This document shows, piece after piece, positions 50,793 to 58,520 of a stretch of DNA of 64,000 nucleotides; within the stretch, counting starts at the first letter, position 1, and the number at the start of each line of letters is the position of its first letter. The notes under the pieces are model-generated. The model did no database searches, was not told the origin of the DNA, and worked only from the letters and a program-made list of their open reading frames with translations. Both the position numbers and the translations under genes were made by a program. Source of the DNA: a virus; IMG/VR virus record IMGVR_UViG_3300029787_000023, positions 6,215 through 70,214 of that record, one strand, 5' to 3'.

Positions 50793-52057
50793 ACTACACC
50801 TACTTCGCAAGCGGGGCAACGATGGCAGTGGATCTACTGGGATTCGCTGACATCGATCACCCGGCAGGCATCACCGTCGACATCATGAACGAAGAGTCCC
50901 ACGCAGCCGTGCTGTCACTGGCAGGTACGGGGCTCAAGATATTCATCGACTCGGGTGCCTTCAGCGAAGTCAAGGTAAATCGAAGAGGTCAGATCAAAGT
51001 CGTCCGTCCTATCGACGAGGCTGAGTGGCGCAGACGCATCGGTGTATATCGAGACCTGGCAAAGAGACTCAAGTCTCAGCTCTACGTCGTTGCCCCCGAT
51101 CGTGTGGGCAGTCAGAAGGAAACGATGCAGAGGTTGGTGCGCCACCTTGATGAGCTCAGAGAAGTGAGCGAGGAGGGAGCCAACATCTTGGTGCCCCTGC
51201 ACCTGGGCGAGATGACACAGATAGAGATGCACCATGCCGTATCGAGAATGATGGAAGGTATGAACTGGATGCCTGCACTACCGTGTAAGAAGGCAGCGAC
51301 CAGTGCGGAAGAGATCCTCGAGTACTGCGATGTGATGAGGCCGAACCGTGTCCACCTGCTCGGCGCTGGTCCCAAGAGCGAGGTAGCCTTTCAAGTGCTG
51401 GACATCATCTGCACCCAGACCGATGTCTATATGGACAGCTGCTGCCTTCGCTCGAACTCAGGTTTGACGAATGGTAGAGGGGGCGGTCCTCGAGTGCTGA
51501 CCATTGCCAAGGCACTGACCGATGCCGCGGGGTATCAGTTCGGAGAAGCGCGCAGACTCTCGATCTCGATGACGTTCCAGCAAGACACCGAGTTGATGTG
51601 GCGCTACCAGACGGGTGCTGTGAAGTGCCCTGACGGATCGGTCATAGGCAGTGCGTACTGTGTGCTCGGCTTGTCGAGATACCTTGCCGTCGCCATAGAC
51701 GACGCTGAAGCCATTGAAGAGTACTTGGGCGACCCACCGACAGGGAATCTCTACGTAGGGCTCTGGGACTTAGATACGGCTGAGCTACTGGGTCTGGCGG
51801 AGTTCGACGCTGAACACCCATTCACGCTTCACCTTAGCTGTGATCTCCCTGAAGTCGTCGAGTTCTGGTTTCTGGCCCAGTGCTTCAGACAAGTTCAGTT
51901 CAAGCTACCCCATAGAAGAGTCGCCTTGATCATCGCACCCAGGATAAAGAGCGCGATTAAATACCGGAAGTCTTGTTTGGCCATAGAACCTTGTGGAGCT
52001 GAACCTGCATCCGAGCCAGCACCTTGTCCTGGAGCATCCACTCAGCCAGGTCTTTAG
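50789..52057 (+). CDS. TGT-fold (DpdA-like) base-exchange transglycosylase fused to a degenerate Mom-like domain
   Basis: IFIDSGAFS, VAPDRVG, VPLH, RVHLLG and MDS motifs of tRNA-guanine transglycosylase/DpdA-like proteins; adjacent to queE/queC. The C-terminal region aligns with ORF 54484-55266. Confidence 0.7.
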   Translation: MNYTYFASGATMAVDLLGFADIDHPAGITVDIMNEESHAAVLSLAGTGLKIFIDSGAFSEVKVNRRGQIKVVRPIDEAEWRRRIGVYRDLAKRLKSQLYVVAPDRVGSQKETMQRLVRHLDELREVSEEGANILVPLHLGEMTQIEMHHAVSRMMEGMNWMPALPCKKAATSAEEILEYCDVMRPNRVHLLGAGPKSEVAFQVLDIICTQTDVYMDSCCLRSNSGLTNGRGGGPRVLTIAKALTDAAGYQFGEARRLSISMTFQQDTELMWRYQTGAVKCPDGSVIGSAYCVLGLSRYLAVAIDDAEAIEEYLGDPPTGNLYVGLWDLDTAELLGLAEFDAEHPFTLHLSCDLPEVVEFWFLAQCFRQVQFKLPHRRVALIIAPRIKSAIKYRKSCLAIEPCGAEPASEPAPCPGASTQPGL

Positions 52058-52598
52058 GATCCAGCACGCCCCACACCGGAGACAGCAGGTAGTTTGCGTT
52101 GTGCTTACTCATAACTTCGAGCGCCCAGTCATAGTCCTGCCGGGAGCCGATCACGATCTTGACCTCGTCACCCTCGCCAAGCAGTTCGATATTCGACCAC
52201 AAGTTCTTGGCTGATTCGCCTGAGCTCGGTGCCTTCAAGTCCATGATCGTGCTGACACTCAGCGGTACTTCGGCCACGCTGATCGAGCCCGACGTCTCAA
52301 GTAAGACCTCGTAGCCTTCATCGAGGAGCGTCTGCATCAGAGTCATGCACTCCTTCTGAGCCAAGGGTTCACCCCCTGTGACTTGCACTAAGGGTATCTC
52401 CAGTTCGTCGACCTTCGATATGATCTGCTCGATCGACATCCAGTCCCCGCCGCTGAAGGTGTACTCAGAGTCGCACCACGTGCAGCGTAGGTTGCAGCCT
52501 GTCAGACGCACAAAGGCGCAGAGACGGCCAGCATGAGTGCTCTCTCCCTGCACCGACGCATAGATCTCTGTGACCTTCAGGCGAGGCAACTGTTGCAC
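51957..52598 (-). CDS. queE: 7-carboxy-7-deazaguanine synthase (radical SAM)
   Basis: EIYASVQGE, FVRLTGCNLRCTWCD (CxxxCxxC), VTGGEPL, LETSG, DLKAPSSG, QVQLHK. Start probably TTG at 52589. Confidence 0.95.
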   Translation of the reverse strand: MQQLPRLKVTEIYASVQGESTHAGRLCAFVRLTGCNLRCTWCDSEYTFSGGDWMSIEQIISKVDELEIPLVQVTGGEPLAQKECMTLMQTLLDEGYEVLLETSGSISVAEVPLSVSTIMDLKAPSSGESAKNLWSNIELLGEGDEVKIVIGSRQDYDWALEVMSKHNANYLLSPVWGVLDPKDLAEWMLQDKVLARMQVQLHKVLWPNKTSGI

Positions 52599-53140
52599 TC
52601 CCCGCAGGGCTCACCGTCTCGGGGCTCGTAGCAAGACCACCAACCATCGAGTTCGATACTTGCGGCTTCATCCTTGATCTCTTGCTTCGTCATGTTGATC
52701 AAGGGGGCCTCGACACTGACACCCCAGTCCGACGCCAGCGTGTCCTGTAGGTCGATCCAATCAGGCCGACAGTCTGGGTAGTCTGCGTTGTCTCCGAGAT
52801 TGGCTCCGTACCACACAGCCTCGGCCCCGATCGAAGAAGCGACGTTGACACCGAAGGCGATCATCACTTGGTTACGAGCTGCAAGTACTCGAGGACCAGG
52901 CGTACCTACACCAAGGTTCATTGTGTCTGTGCCCCACAGAGGTAGGCTCATCTCGATGCTTCTGATCGAGTGACCATCCTTGTGCTTCTGCTGCAACCAC
53001 TTGCTCACAGCTTCAGACTCTTGGGGCGCTGCGGGATGAGCGTAGCGAAAGAACAGGACAGCCAGCTCCTTACCCTCACGGAGCGCACGTTCCGCAAGAA
53101 GCATGGAGTCGAGTCCTCCTGAGAAGAGGAGTAAGATCAT
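52577..53140 (-). CDS. queC: 7-cyano-7-deazaguanine synthase
   Basis: LLFSGGLDS PP-loop, ARN, YPDCRP, APLINMTK, WSCY...PCGECNSC zinc site. Confidence 0.92.
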   Translation of the reverse strand: MILLLFSGGLDSMLLAERALREGKELAVLFFRYAHPAAPQESEAVSKWLQQKHKDGHSIRSIEMSLPLWGTDTMNLGVGTPGPRVLAARNQVMIAFGVNVASSIGAEAVWYGANLGDNADYPDCRPDWIDLQDTLASDWGVSVEAPLINMTKQEIKDEAASIELDGWWSCYEPRDGEPCGECNSCLA

Positions 53141-53544
53141 CCGTCGATCAATGCCTCAAGCAGATCGACCGCGCTCTTGCGTGTCTTGCCTGCCTTCTCA
53201 GCCGCCAGCAATGCCGCAGCATAGGCGCTGTAGTCGTTGTCTGCGAGAGCCTTGCGTAGATTGCGCACAGACATATCGAGTAGGTCCATGACTTCAGCCG
53301 GTACCTCGACAGCCGCGGGCTCTTCGACGGGGGGAGACTCGTCTACGACGGTGGCTCCCAGCCTCTCTGTCAACTCCGCAAGGTAGTGGAACGAGCCATA
53401 CACGCGAGCGAATCCCTGCCCACTACGCATGCTCTCTGTGATCTCAAGATGCTCGATCTCGATGTACTGACGGATCGGGTTGTAGGCGCGGTTCCAGCGA
53501 GTTCGGGTATCGGGGCCGCTGAACTTGAGACTAATGGAAAGCAT
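53137..53544 (-). CDS. Hypothetical protein, first gene of the queCE operon
   Basis: AGGAGGAG RBS; ATGA overlap with queC; small helical C-terminal domain (LLAAEKAGKTRKSAVDLL). Confidence 0.7.
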   Translation of the reverse strand: MLSISLKFSGPDTRTRWNRAYNPIRQYIEIEHLEITESMRSGQGFARVYGSFHYLAELTERLGATVVDESPPVEEPAAVEVPAEVMDLLDMSVRNLRKALADNDYSAYAAALLAAEKAGKTRKSAVDLLEALIDG

Positions 53545-53707
53545 GACTCCTCCTTGGGTTGGTCCTATAACTTGTATGATCGATCATCTCAACCTCCTTG
53601 TCAATGTTCTTAGACATCATCGTTCCCTGTGTACCAGAGAGCGAATCCATCCAGAAGACAAGGCACCCAGATGATCGAGGTAGCGACTAAGAAACCTTCC
53701 AAGAAAG

Positions 53708-54043
53708 TCATGGGATCCCCACCTTGTAGCCAGTACAGGGACAGCCAGGATCGGAACATTGACACCAGTCCTGTTGACCTTCCCAGACATCGTAGTGATC
53801 TTCCTCTGCGTCTTCCTGGGCACGAGCAAGAGTGTCGAAGACTTCAACTTCCGGCGCCTCGTCCCAAGACACGTACCAGCGAGACTCGAACTTACCGGCC
53901 GGTGCGGAGCGAACCTCGCACCATCGATCATCGTCGATCTCAAGACGGAGCATCACGTCGACTTGGTCTTTGAGCTCATGGTTGAGTTTGTCGTCCTGCC
54001 AGTCGCAGCCCTCGTACTCAGGCGGGTTCGGTAGTCTTCTCAT
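53708..54043 (-). CDS. Hypothetical acidic protein with C-terminal Cys cluster
   Basis: GGAGG RBS; ends WCQCSDPGCPCTG. Confidence 0.65.
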   Translation of the reverse strand: MRRLPNPPEYEGCDWQDDKLNHELKDQVDVMLRLEIDDDRWCEVRSAPAGKFESRWYVSWDEAPEVEVFDTLARAQEDAEEDHYDVWEGQQDWCQCSDPGCPCTGYKVGIP

Positions 54044-54224
54044 CTTCCACCTCCTTCTTCAATCGAACCAAGACAGGCGTACCTTCCTGGGCGTTGGCGA
54101 TCCGAATACACACGCCGTGCATGATGTCCTGCACGTTACCGCAGTTAGCCATCTGTCGAACCATCGCCTCGGAGCGAAGCCGCTTGAAGGCGGCGTCTGA
54201 TATATGCAGTTCAATCTTCCTCAC
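54018..54224 (-). CDS. Small hypothetical protein (ribbon-helix-helix-like)
   Basis: MRKIELHISDAAFKRLRSEA start pattern; coupled to neighbours. Confidence 0.55.
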   Translation of the reverse strand: MRKIELHISDAAFKRLRSEAMVRQMANCGNVQDIMHGVCIRIANAQEGTPVLVRLKKEVEDEKTTEPA

Positions 54225-54484
54225 GCTTCCTCCCTTACTACCTGCGCCAGCGGGTTCATAGTCATGTGATTGAGACTGCGGTAGACATCGGCAAAGACCT
54301 CGTTGAAGGCTTGAGTCGCCTGCTCAGGGTCCATGCCGTTGACGATGCAGAGAGTAGCCAAGCAGAGCATGATCTCGCCTGGGGTGCGCTCGTCGTCGAC
54401 GTGACCCTCGACCAGTTCGTACAAGGCACGACGAAACTCGAGTGGTGGGTCGACACGTTGTGCGGCGGGTAGTTTAGCGGACAT
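54221..54484 (-). CDS. Hypothetical protein
   Basis: TAATG-coupled to the Mom-family gene. Confidence 0.6.
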   Translation of the reverse strand: MSAKLPAAQRVDPPLEFRRALYELVEGHVDDERTPGEIMLCLATLCIVNGMDPEQATQAFNEVFADVYRSLNHMTMNPLAQVVREEA

Positions 54485-55266
54485 TATAGTTCTCCCTTTG
54501 GGTATGGTAGGTTTGCCTTGAATCGGCGAGTGGTTTGTTTCTTCTGTCTCTTGTTTCCAAGAGCCCAGACGTAGGCATGATTGCCTGGATGTGATTGCTT
54601 TCTCAGTAGGCCCAGGTCGATGACTCGATCGATCCAGTCGGCCGCTTCCTCGCCAGGTTCACGAAGCGGAGCCCCGATGTCGACGAGCTGACGTTCGACG
54701 TAGAACCTGCCGCGCTCTCCGTTGCGGAGTTTGTTGAGCGTGCGTCGGTAGAAGGTCTGACCCTGCGGTCCGATGTAGGTGATCTTCGATGTGCTCTTAC
54801 CCACATAGATGCCGTTGTGTGCCTGGTAGATCGTGCCCAGATGACCAGGCATGAAAACCGAACCGTCAGGTCTTTCGCGGGGAATGGGGTCGCTGAAGGA
54901 CAGGATGAAGCGTACGTCGGGAAGTCGCTGCTCGACCACTCGGAAGCACTGAGCCAGGAACCACGTCTCCGCATTGGAGGCGACCTCGTCGAGAATGACG
55001 AGCCTGTTCAACTCGACACCTTCATGTTGGTCGGCACCGTCCACGTAGCGGGCGAAGGTCAGCGGGTGGGCAGGCACACCGAAGACGGCGACCCCTACTA
55101 ACTCGGGACCGTCCAGCTTCCACAAGCCGACACGAATCCGCGCAGCAGGGTAGCTGCCACTGTAGTGGTGCTCGGTGATGAACTCCTTGGCGACCTTGTC
55201 AGAGTCGATGGGGATCACCACGTACTTTGACGTGTCAATAACTTTGTCTGGCTTGTGTCTGGACAT
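54484..55266 (-). CDS. mom: Mom-family (GNAT-fold) DNA adenine modification protein
   Basis: FITEHHYSGS, LVGVAVFGVP, ELNRLVILD...NAETWFLA, ILSFSDP, GHLGTIYQAHNGIYVG: the motif series of Mu Mom homologs. Confidence 0.85.
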   Translation of the reverse strand: MSRHKPDKVIDTSKYVVIPIDSDKVAKEFITEHHYSGSYPAARIRVGLWKLDGPELVGVAVFGVPAHPLTFARYVDGADQHEGVELNRLVILDEVASNAETWFLAQCFRVVEQRLPDVRFILSFSDPIPRERPDGSVFMPGHLGTIYQAHNGIYVGKSTSKITYIGPQGQTFYRRTLNKLRNGERGRFYVERQLVDIGAPLREPGEEAADWIDRVIDLGLLRKQSHPGNHAYVWALGNKRQKKQTTRRFKANLPYPKGEL

Positions 55267-55284
55267 TACAGTTCTCCTTCCCTC

Positions 55285-55312
55285 AGTGTATCAACTCATG
55301 ACATCCCGTCAA
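55285..55312 (-). promoter_or_regulatory. Sigma70-like promoter of the Mom-family gene with operator-like palindrome
   Basis: Minus strand TTGACG-N16-TACACT with TG extension. ATGACATCCCGTCAA matches the XRE-promoter palindrome at 13 of 15 positions. Confidence 0.55.
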
Positions 55313-55315
55313 GTA

Positions 55316-55825
55316 TTACTTACGACGAGGTAGCTTCAAGTCTGTGCCCCAGGTCTCAGCCAGTGACAGTCGAATCATCTCGACAGCAGCCGGACCAAGT
55401 CTCGGGATCTCCAACAGGTCGTCGACGGTGTGCCGAAGTAGCTGCTCGACAGATCGAATCCCGGCGTTGGTCAACAGGTTCACGATGCGCTTCGGGAGTC
55501 GTAGAGCTGAGAGCTCCTGTTCTTCCATCTGGCAGATAAACTCCTCCGCCGCTTCTTCCTCCCCGTCCCACTCTGATGTCGTGATCTCGATCCGATCCTG
55601 CTGCCAGTCCGAGTTGGGCTGGTACACGATCAGTGCGTCGCCCTCGACCATCTCCAGCAGAACCCGTGCGGGTAGGTCGGGGATGGTGCTCGCCAGCTTG
55701 AACAGTCTCGCTGCCTGGTTGCGGCTCTCCTGGGTCAGAGACGTGTCGTCGCTGTTGAGCGCCCACTTGACCAGTCCCGTGACCGTCAGGTAGCTGTTGC
55801 TGTGGATTGTATATTGCGCGTTCAT
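55316..55825 (-). CDS. Protein with RNA polymerase alpha-subunit C-terminal domain-like region
   Basis: LSALRLPKRIVNLLTNAGIRSVEQLL...DLLEIPRLGPAAVEMI follows the alphaCTD pattern (L.LS.R..N.L...GI..V.DL...LL.IPN.G.KS..EI). Confidence 0.8.
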   Translation of the reverse strand: MNAQYTIHSNSYLTVTGLVKWALNSDDTSLTQESRNQAARLFKLASTIPDLPARVLLEMVEGDALIVYQPNSDWQQDRIEITTSEWDGEEEAAEEFICQMEEQELSALRLPKRIVNLLTNAGIRSVEQLLRHTVDDLLEIPRLGPAAVEMIRLSLAETWGTDLKLPRRK

Positions 55826-55827
55826 GA

Positions 55828-56172
55828 TTATGCCTCCAGCACGTCGAGTGCTTTCTTGATTAGATACTTGGCGTCGGTGTCAAAGATGTCGTAGTACATG
55901 CCTTCCGCATCGAGGTAGCAGGCATCCTTGCAGTACAGGTCTTGGATGTCCCAGTTGAGTACCTCGACCCACCCGCTCTGTCTTGTCCAGAACTCGGCGA
56001 TAGCGTAGCTGCCTGGGCTACCCGAATGGAAGCTACGCAGTCGTATCCGTAGACGACGACTTGTAGCCAAGTTTCCAGTCTGCGAGTCGTACTTGTTGAT
56101 CCGTACGATGCGGTCCAGATGACACGCCTGACCTTTGATGTAATAGCTGTTCTGAATGAACTCGGCTTTCAT
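55828..56172 (-). CDS. Hypothetical early protein
   Basis: MKAEFIQNSY start with GGAAGGT RBS; ATGA overlap. Confidence 0.6.
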   Translation of the reverse strand: MKAEFIQNSYYIKGQACHLDRIVRINKYDSQTGNLATSRRLRIRLRSFHSGSPGSYAIAEFWTRQSGWVEVLNWDIQDLYCKDACYLDAEGMYYDIFDTDAKYLIKKALDVLEA

Positions 56173-56378
56173 GACCCACCTTCCTTGGTGTCTTGGGGTT
56201 CGGGGTACGCGCGGAGAGTAACGAAGCAGTTGGCCTCGCATCGATGGCACCACTGTGTGGAGCTGCAACTTCCTGAGCCAAACCAGTCGTCGGACTCACC
56301 CGTGTTCGGGTTGACCCACATGGCGACTTGGATGTCCTCTCCACCACACTCTTCGCATACATATACTTCTCTTGCCAT
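56169..56378 (-). CDS. Small zinc-finger protein
   Basis: CEECGG...WVNPNT...WCHRC. Confidence 0.7.
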   Translation of the reverse strand: MAREVYVCEECGGEDIQVAMWVNPNTGESDDWFGSGSCSSTQWCHRCEANCFVTLRAYPEPQDTKEGGS

Positions 56379-56611
56379 TACTCACCTCCCGTGAACATAG
56401 GATCGTTGTCTGGAATGTCGTCAATCGGATCGAGGATGTCCCACGCATCATCAATACGCGCAGACTCCACCTCCAAAAGCGGAGCATGATAACTTTGACC
56501 CTTTCTCTGGTGGGAAATACCCGCTTCCGTCAGTTGACTTTCCAACCACGCCAGCTTGGGGTCATTGGTACGCTTAGTGAATCTCACGAAGGTTACGGAC
56601 TCACCCATCAC
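56378..56611 (-). CDS. Hypothetical early protein
   Basis: GGGAGGT RBS; KRTNDPKLAWLE...SYHAP...IDDIPDNDP. Confidence 0.65.
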   Translation of the reverse strand: MMGESVTFVRFTKRTNDPKLAWLESQLTEAGISHQRKGQSYHAPLLEVESARIDDAWDILDPIDDIPDNDPMFTGGE

Positions 56612-56820
56612 TCACCTCCCTTTGCTTGCTCGATTGCTTCTGCTCCGCAGGTGGCACACGTCCAGATGTCTTGCTCGTCTGGAGCGTGCAGCACTTGGCA
56701 GTCGGACTTTGTCGATAGTTCAACGAAGTTACCCTCGCCGTCCACAATCCAGTCTTCGGTTACGTGCGCCGTAACGACGAACTGTTTGTGGTCTTTGTCC
56801 TGTGGGCATACCATCATCAC
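56608..56820 (-). CDS. Small zinc-binding protein
   Basis: CPQDKDH...AHVTEDWIVD...WTCATCG. Confidence 0.65.
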   Translation of the reverse strand: MMMVCPQDKDHKQFVVTAHVTEDWIVDGEGNFVELSTKSDCQVLHAPDEQDIWTCATCGAEAIEQAKGGE

Positions 56821-56975
56821 TATCCTCCGTTGTATACGTGATATCGTCCGTCCAGCTCACACTGGATGAACAGGTTCAGCTTCGTGTTTCTGTCGCAGAA
56901 AGCCATGGCTTCTGCGAGTGTCAGAAACGCCTTGATCGAAACGACTGTGGGCCCGTATGGTGAAGGACTGCCCAT
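56820..56975 (-). CDS. 51-aa hypothetical protein (not in ORF track)
   Basis: MGSPSPYGPTVVSIKAFLTLAEAMAFCDRN...YNGG*; GGGAGGT RBS; fills the gap exactly. Confidence 0.55.
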   Translation of the reverse strand: MGSPSPYGPTVVSIKAFLTLAEAMAFCDRNTKLNLFIQCELDGRYHVYNGG

Positions 56976-57571
56976 CACTCACCTCCCTTTCTGTCTGGGT
57001 GATGAGGCTCGTCTCGCATCATCTCCTTGGCTTGTTCGAAGGTCGTGTCCTCGATCCATCGAACCGCGTTGGTCCATTCCTCGTCGTCCTCTGCGAAGAC
57101 AGCGAGAGTCGGAAGGCCAGAGTCGACGATGCCCTCGGGGTACCAGACCACGCTGTCGCCGTTGCGGTTGACGTATGCCATGACTCGGATGTCGCCGCCC
57201 AGACACCACTCGTTCCAGTGTCGGTCGGGTGAGTCGAGTACGTTTGCTGGATCCTTCTTCAGTGATTGATACAGGGGACGACCATCGAGATGTTGGTCGT
57301 AGCGTGCGGGGCCTTCCGTGATGTGGATGACGGGGCACAGAGTCCACTGCTCGGTCCATCGGCACCAGCACTTGCGGCACGTGTAGTCGCGGTCCTCTGT
57401 GTTCCAGTCGTCTTGGTCGGACTCGAAGGTCAGGTCGGACCAGCCAGCGCCGCACGCGGGGCATGTGCTGCCCTGTCGGTTGGGCATGCTGATCGCGACG
57501 TCCTCGGACGTGGCGTGCTTGAGTTCGTCTTTCGTCAGTGTCTTCTGCTTGGTCTCTTGTAGGCGGCTCAT
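56975..57571 (-). CDS. Hypothetical protein with zinc ribbon
   Basis: CPACG...CRKC...WTEQW. Confidence 0.65.
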   Translation of the reverse strand: MSRLQETKQKTLTKDELKHATSEDVAISMPNRQGSTCPACGAGWSDLTFESDQDDWNTEDRDYTCRKCWCRWTEQWTLCPVIHITEGPARYDQHLDGRPLYQSLKKDPANVLDSPDRHWNEWCLGGDIRVMAYVNRNGDSVVWYPEGIVDSGLPTLAVFAEDDEEWTNAVRWIEDTTFEQAKEMMRDEPHHPDRKGGE

Positions 57572-57783
57572 ATCACGTTCCTCGTCGGGTTTAGGATCTC
57601 GGCCAGTTCATCCATGATGCTGGTCGTGCGGTCGTAGTTGGAAGAAGTCTCGGGGTCGGAGCAGTCGGAGTACTCGACCTCGATCATCGCGGGGTTCGGT
57701 GCGTGGCACTTGCGGCAGATGTGCAGGTCATCCCAGAACGTGTCGTAGGCCAGACAGCACTTGGTGCGTAGTTGCTTTTCCAT
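57568..57783 (-). CDS. Small Cys-rich hypothetical protein
   Basis: KCC...ICRKC; coupled start and stop. Confidence 0.55.
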   Translation of the reverse strand: MEKQLRTKCCLAYDTFWDDLHICRKCHAPNPAMIEVEYSDCSDPETSSNYDRTTSIMDELAEILNPTRNVI

Positions 57784-58118
57784 CAGGCACCCCGCGAGAT
57801 GTAGAGACGGTTCGCATCGTCGCGGGTCAACAGGTCGCCCATGGCGAAGACCACACCAGCCTCGATAGCGACGGTGTAGCTGATGCCACCCTTCGTCGCG
57901 TTGGCCTGGTATGCGAAGGACTCACCCTCGTTGATACGGACCAGTGTGCGGCCCAGCATGCGACCAGATATACGGACAGTCTTGCCGCTGGCCGCACGCT
58001 TGATGGTGAAGCCGCCGCACGTGTGCAGGCCGACGACCGTGTACTTAGAGCCAGTACGGCTCGTAAACTCAGCGCCGATGTCGACGCCCATGATGGTTGC
58101 TAACTCAGTCATGTTCAC
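57783..58118 (-). CDS. Hypothetical early protein
   Basis: GAGGAG RBS; first gene of the leftward early cassette. Confidence 0.65.
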   Translation of the reverse strand: MNMTELATIMGVDIGAEFTSRTGSKYTVVGLHTCGGFTIKRAASGKTVRISGRMLGRTLVRINEGESFAYQANATKGGISYTVAIEAGVVFAMGDLLTRDDANRLYISRGA

Positions 58119-58212
58119 TCCTCGGGCTCCCGCCCTGTTGACTCTTGAATAATACCAGGTCGTCAGTGTTATGCCAGTCCGTCAGTGATCTCCTGACATT
58201 CTCTTGACAATA

Positions 58213-58496
58213 TGCTACGACTGTAACGACAATGTAACGACCCGTCGTAGCACCCGATAAACAAGGAACAAAGGGAGCTCTCGATCGATTTTATTCAATG
58301 TTACGACCCCTGCGTTTAGAGGGGGGTCTGAAAGTCAGATTCATGATTTATCGACTCAGTCAGTGGAGCGAGCCTTCCCCACGTACCTATAGAACACTTC
58401 ATGTCGTAACATATACTTTTGTGGCCCATTGTCTCGGTCGAACCTGTTGTCTCGATGTAACGACGGGGTCGTAGCAGGGTCGTAGCAGTCGTAACA
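58213..58496. repeat. Cluster of ten TG(C/T)(T/A)ACGAC nonamers (iteron-like; origin or packaging-site candidate)
   Basis: Forward copies at 58213, 58222, 58233, 58299, 58456; reverse copies at 58244, 58403, 58468, 58479, 58488. All in a non-coding gap. Confidence 0.85.
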
Positions 58497-58520
58497 TTTC
58501 GGGTGTGTTATACTGTTCTT

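Noticed and set aside
58213-58496. CRISPR array
   Set aside because: Repeats are only 9 nt, occur in both orientations and are irregularly spaced, with no repeat-spacer periodicity. The Cas4-like gene sits in a recombination context.
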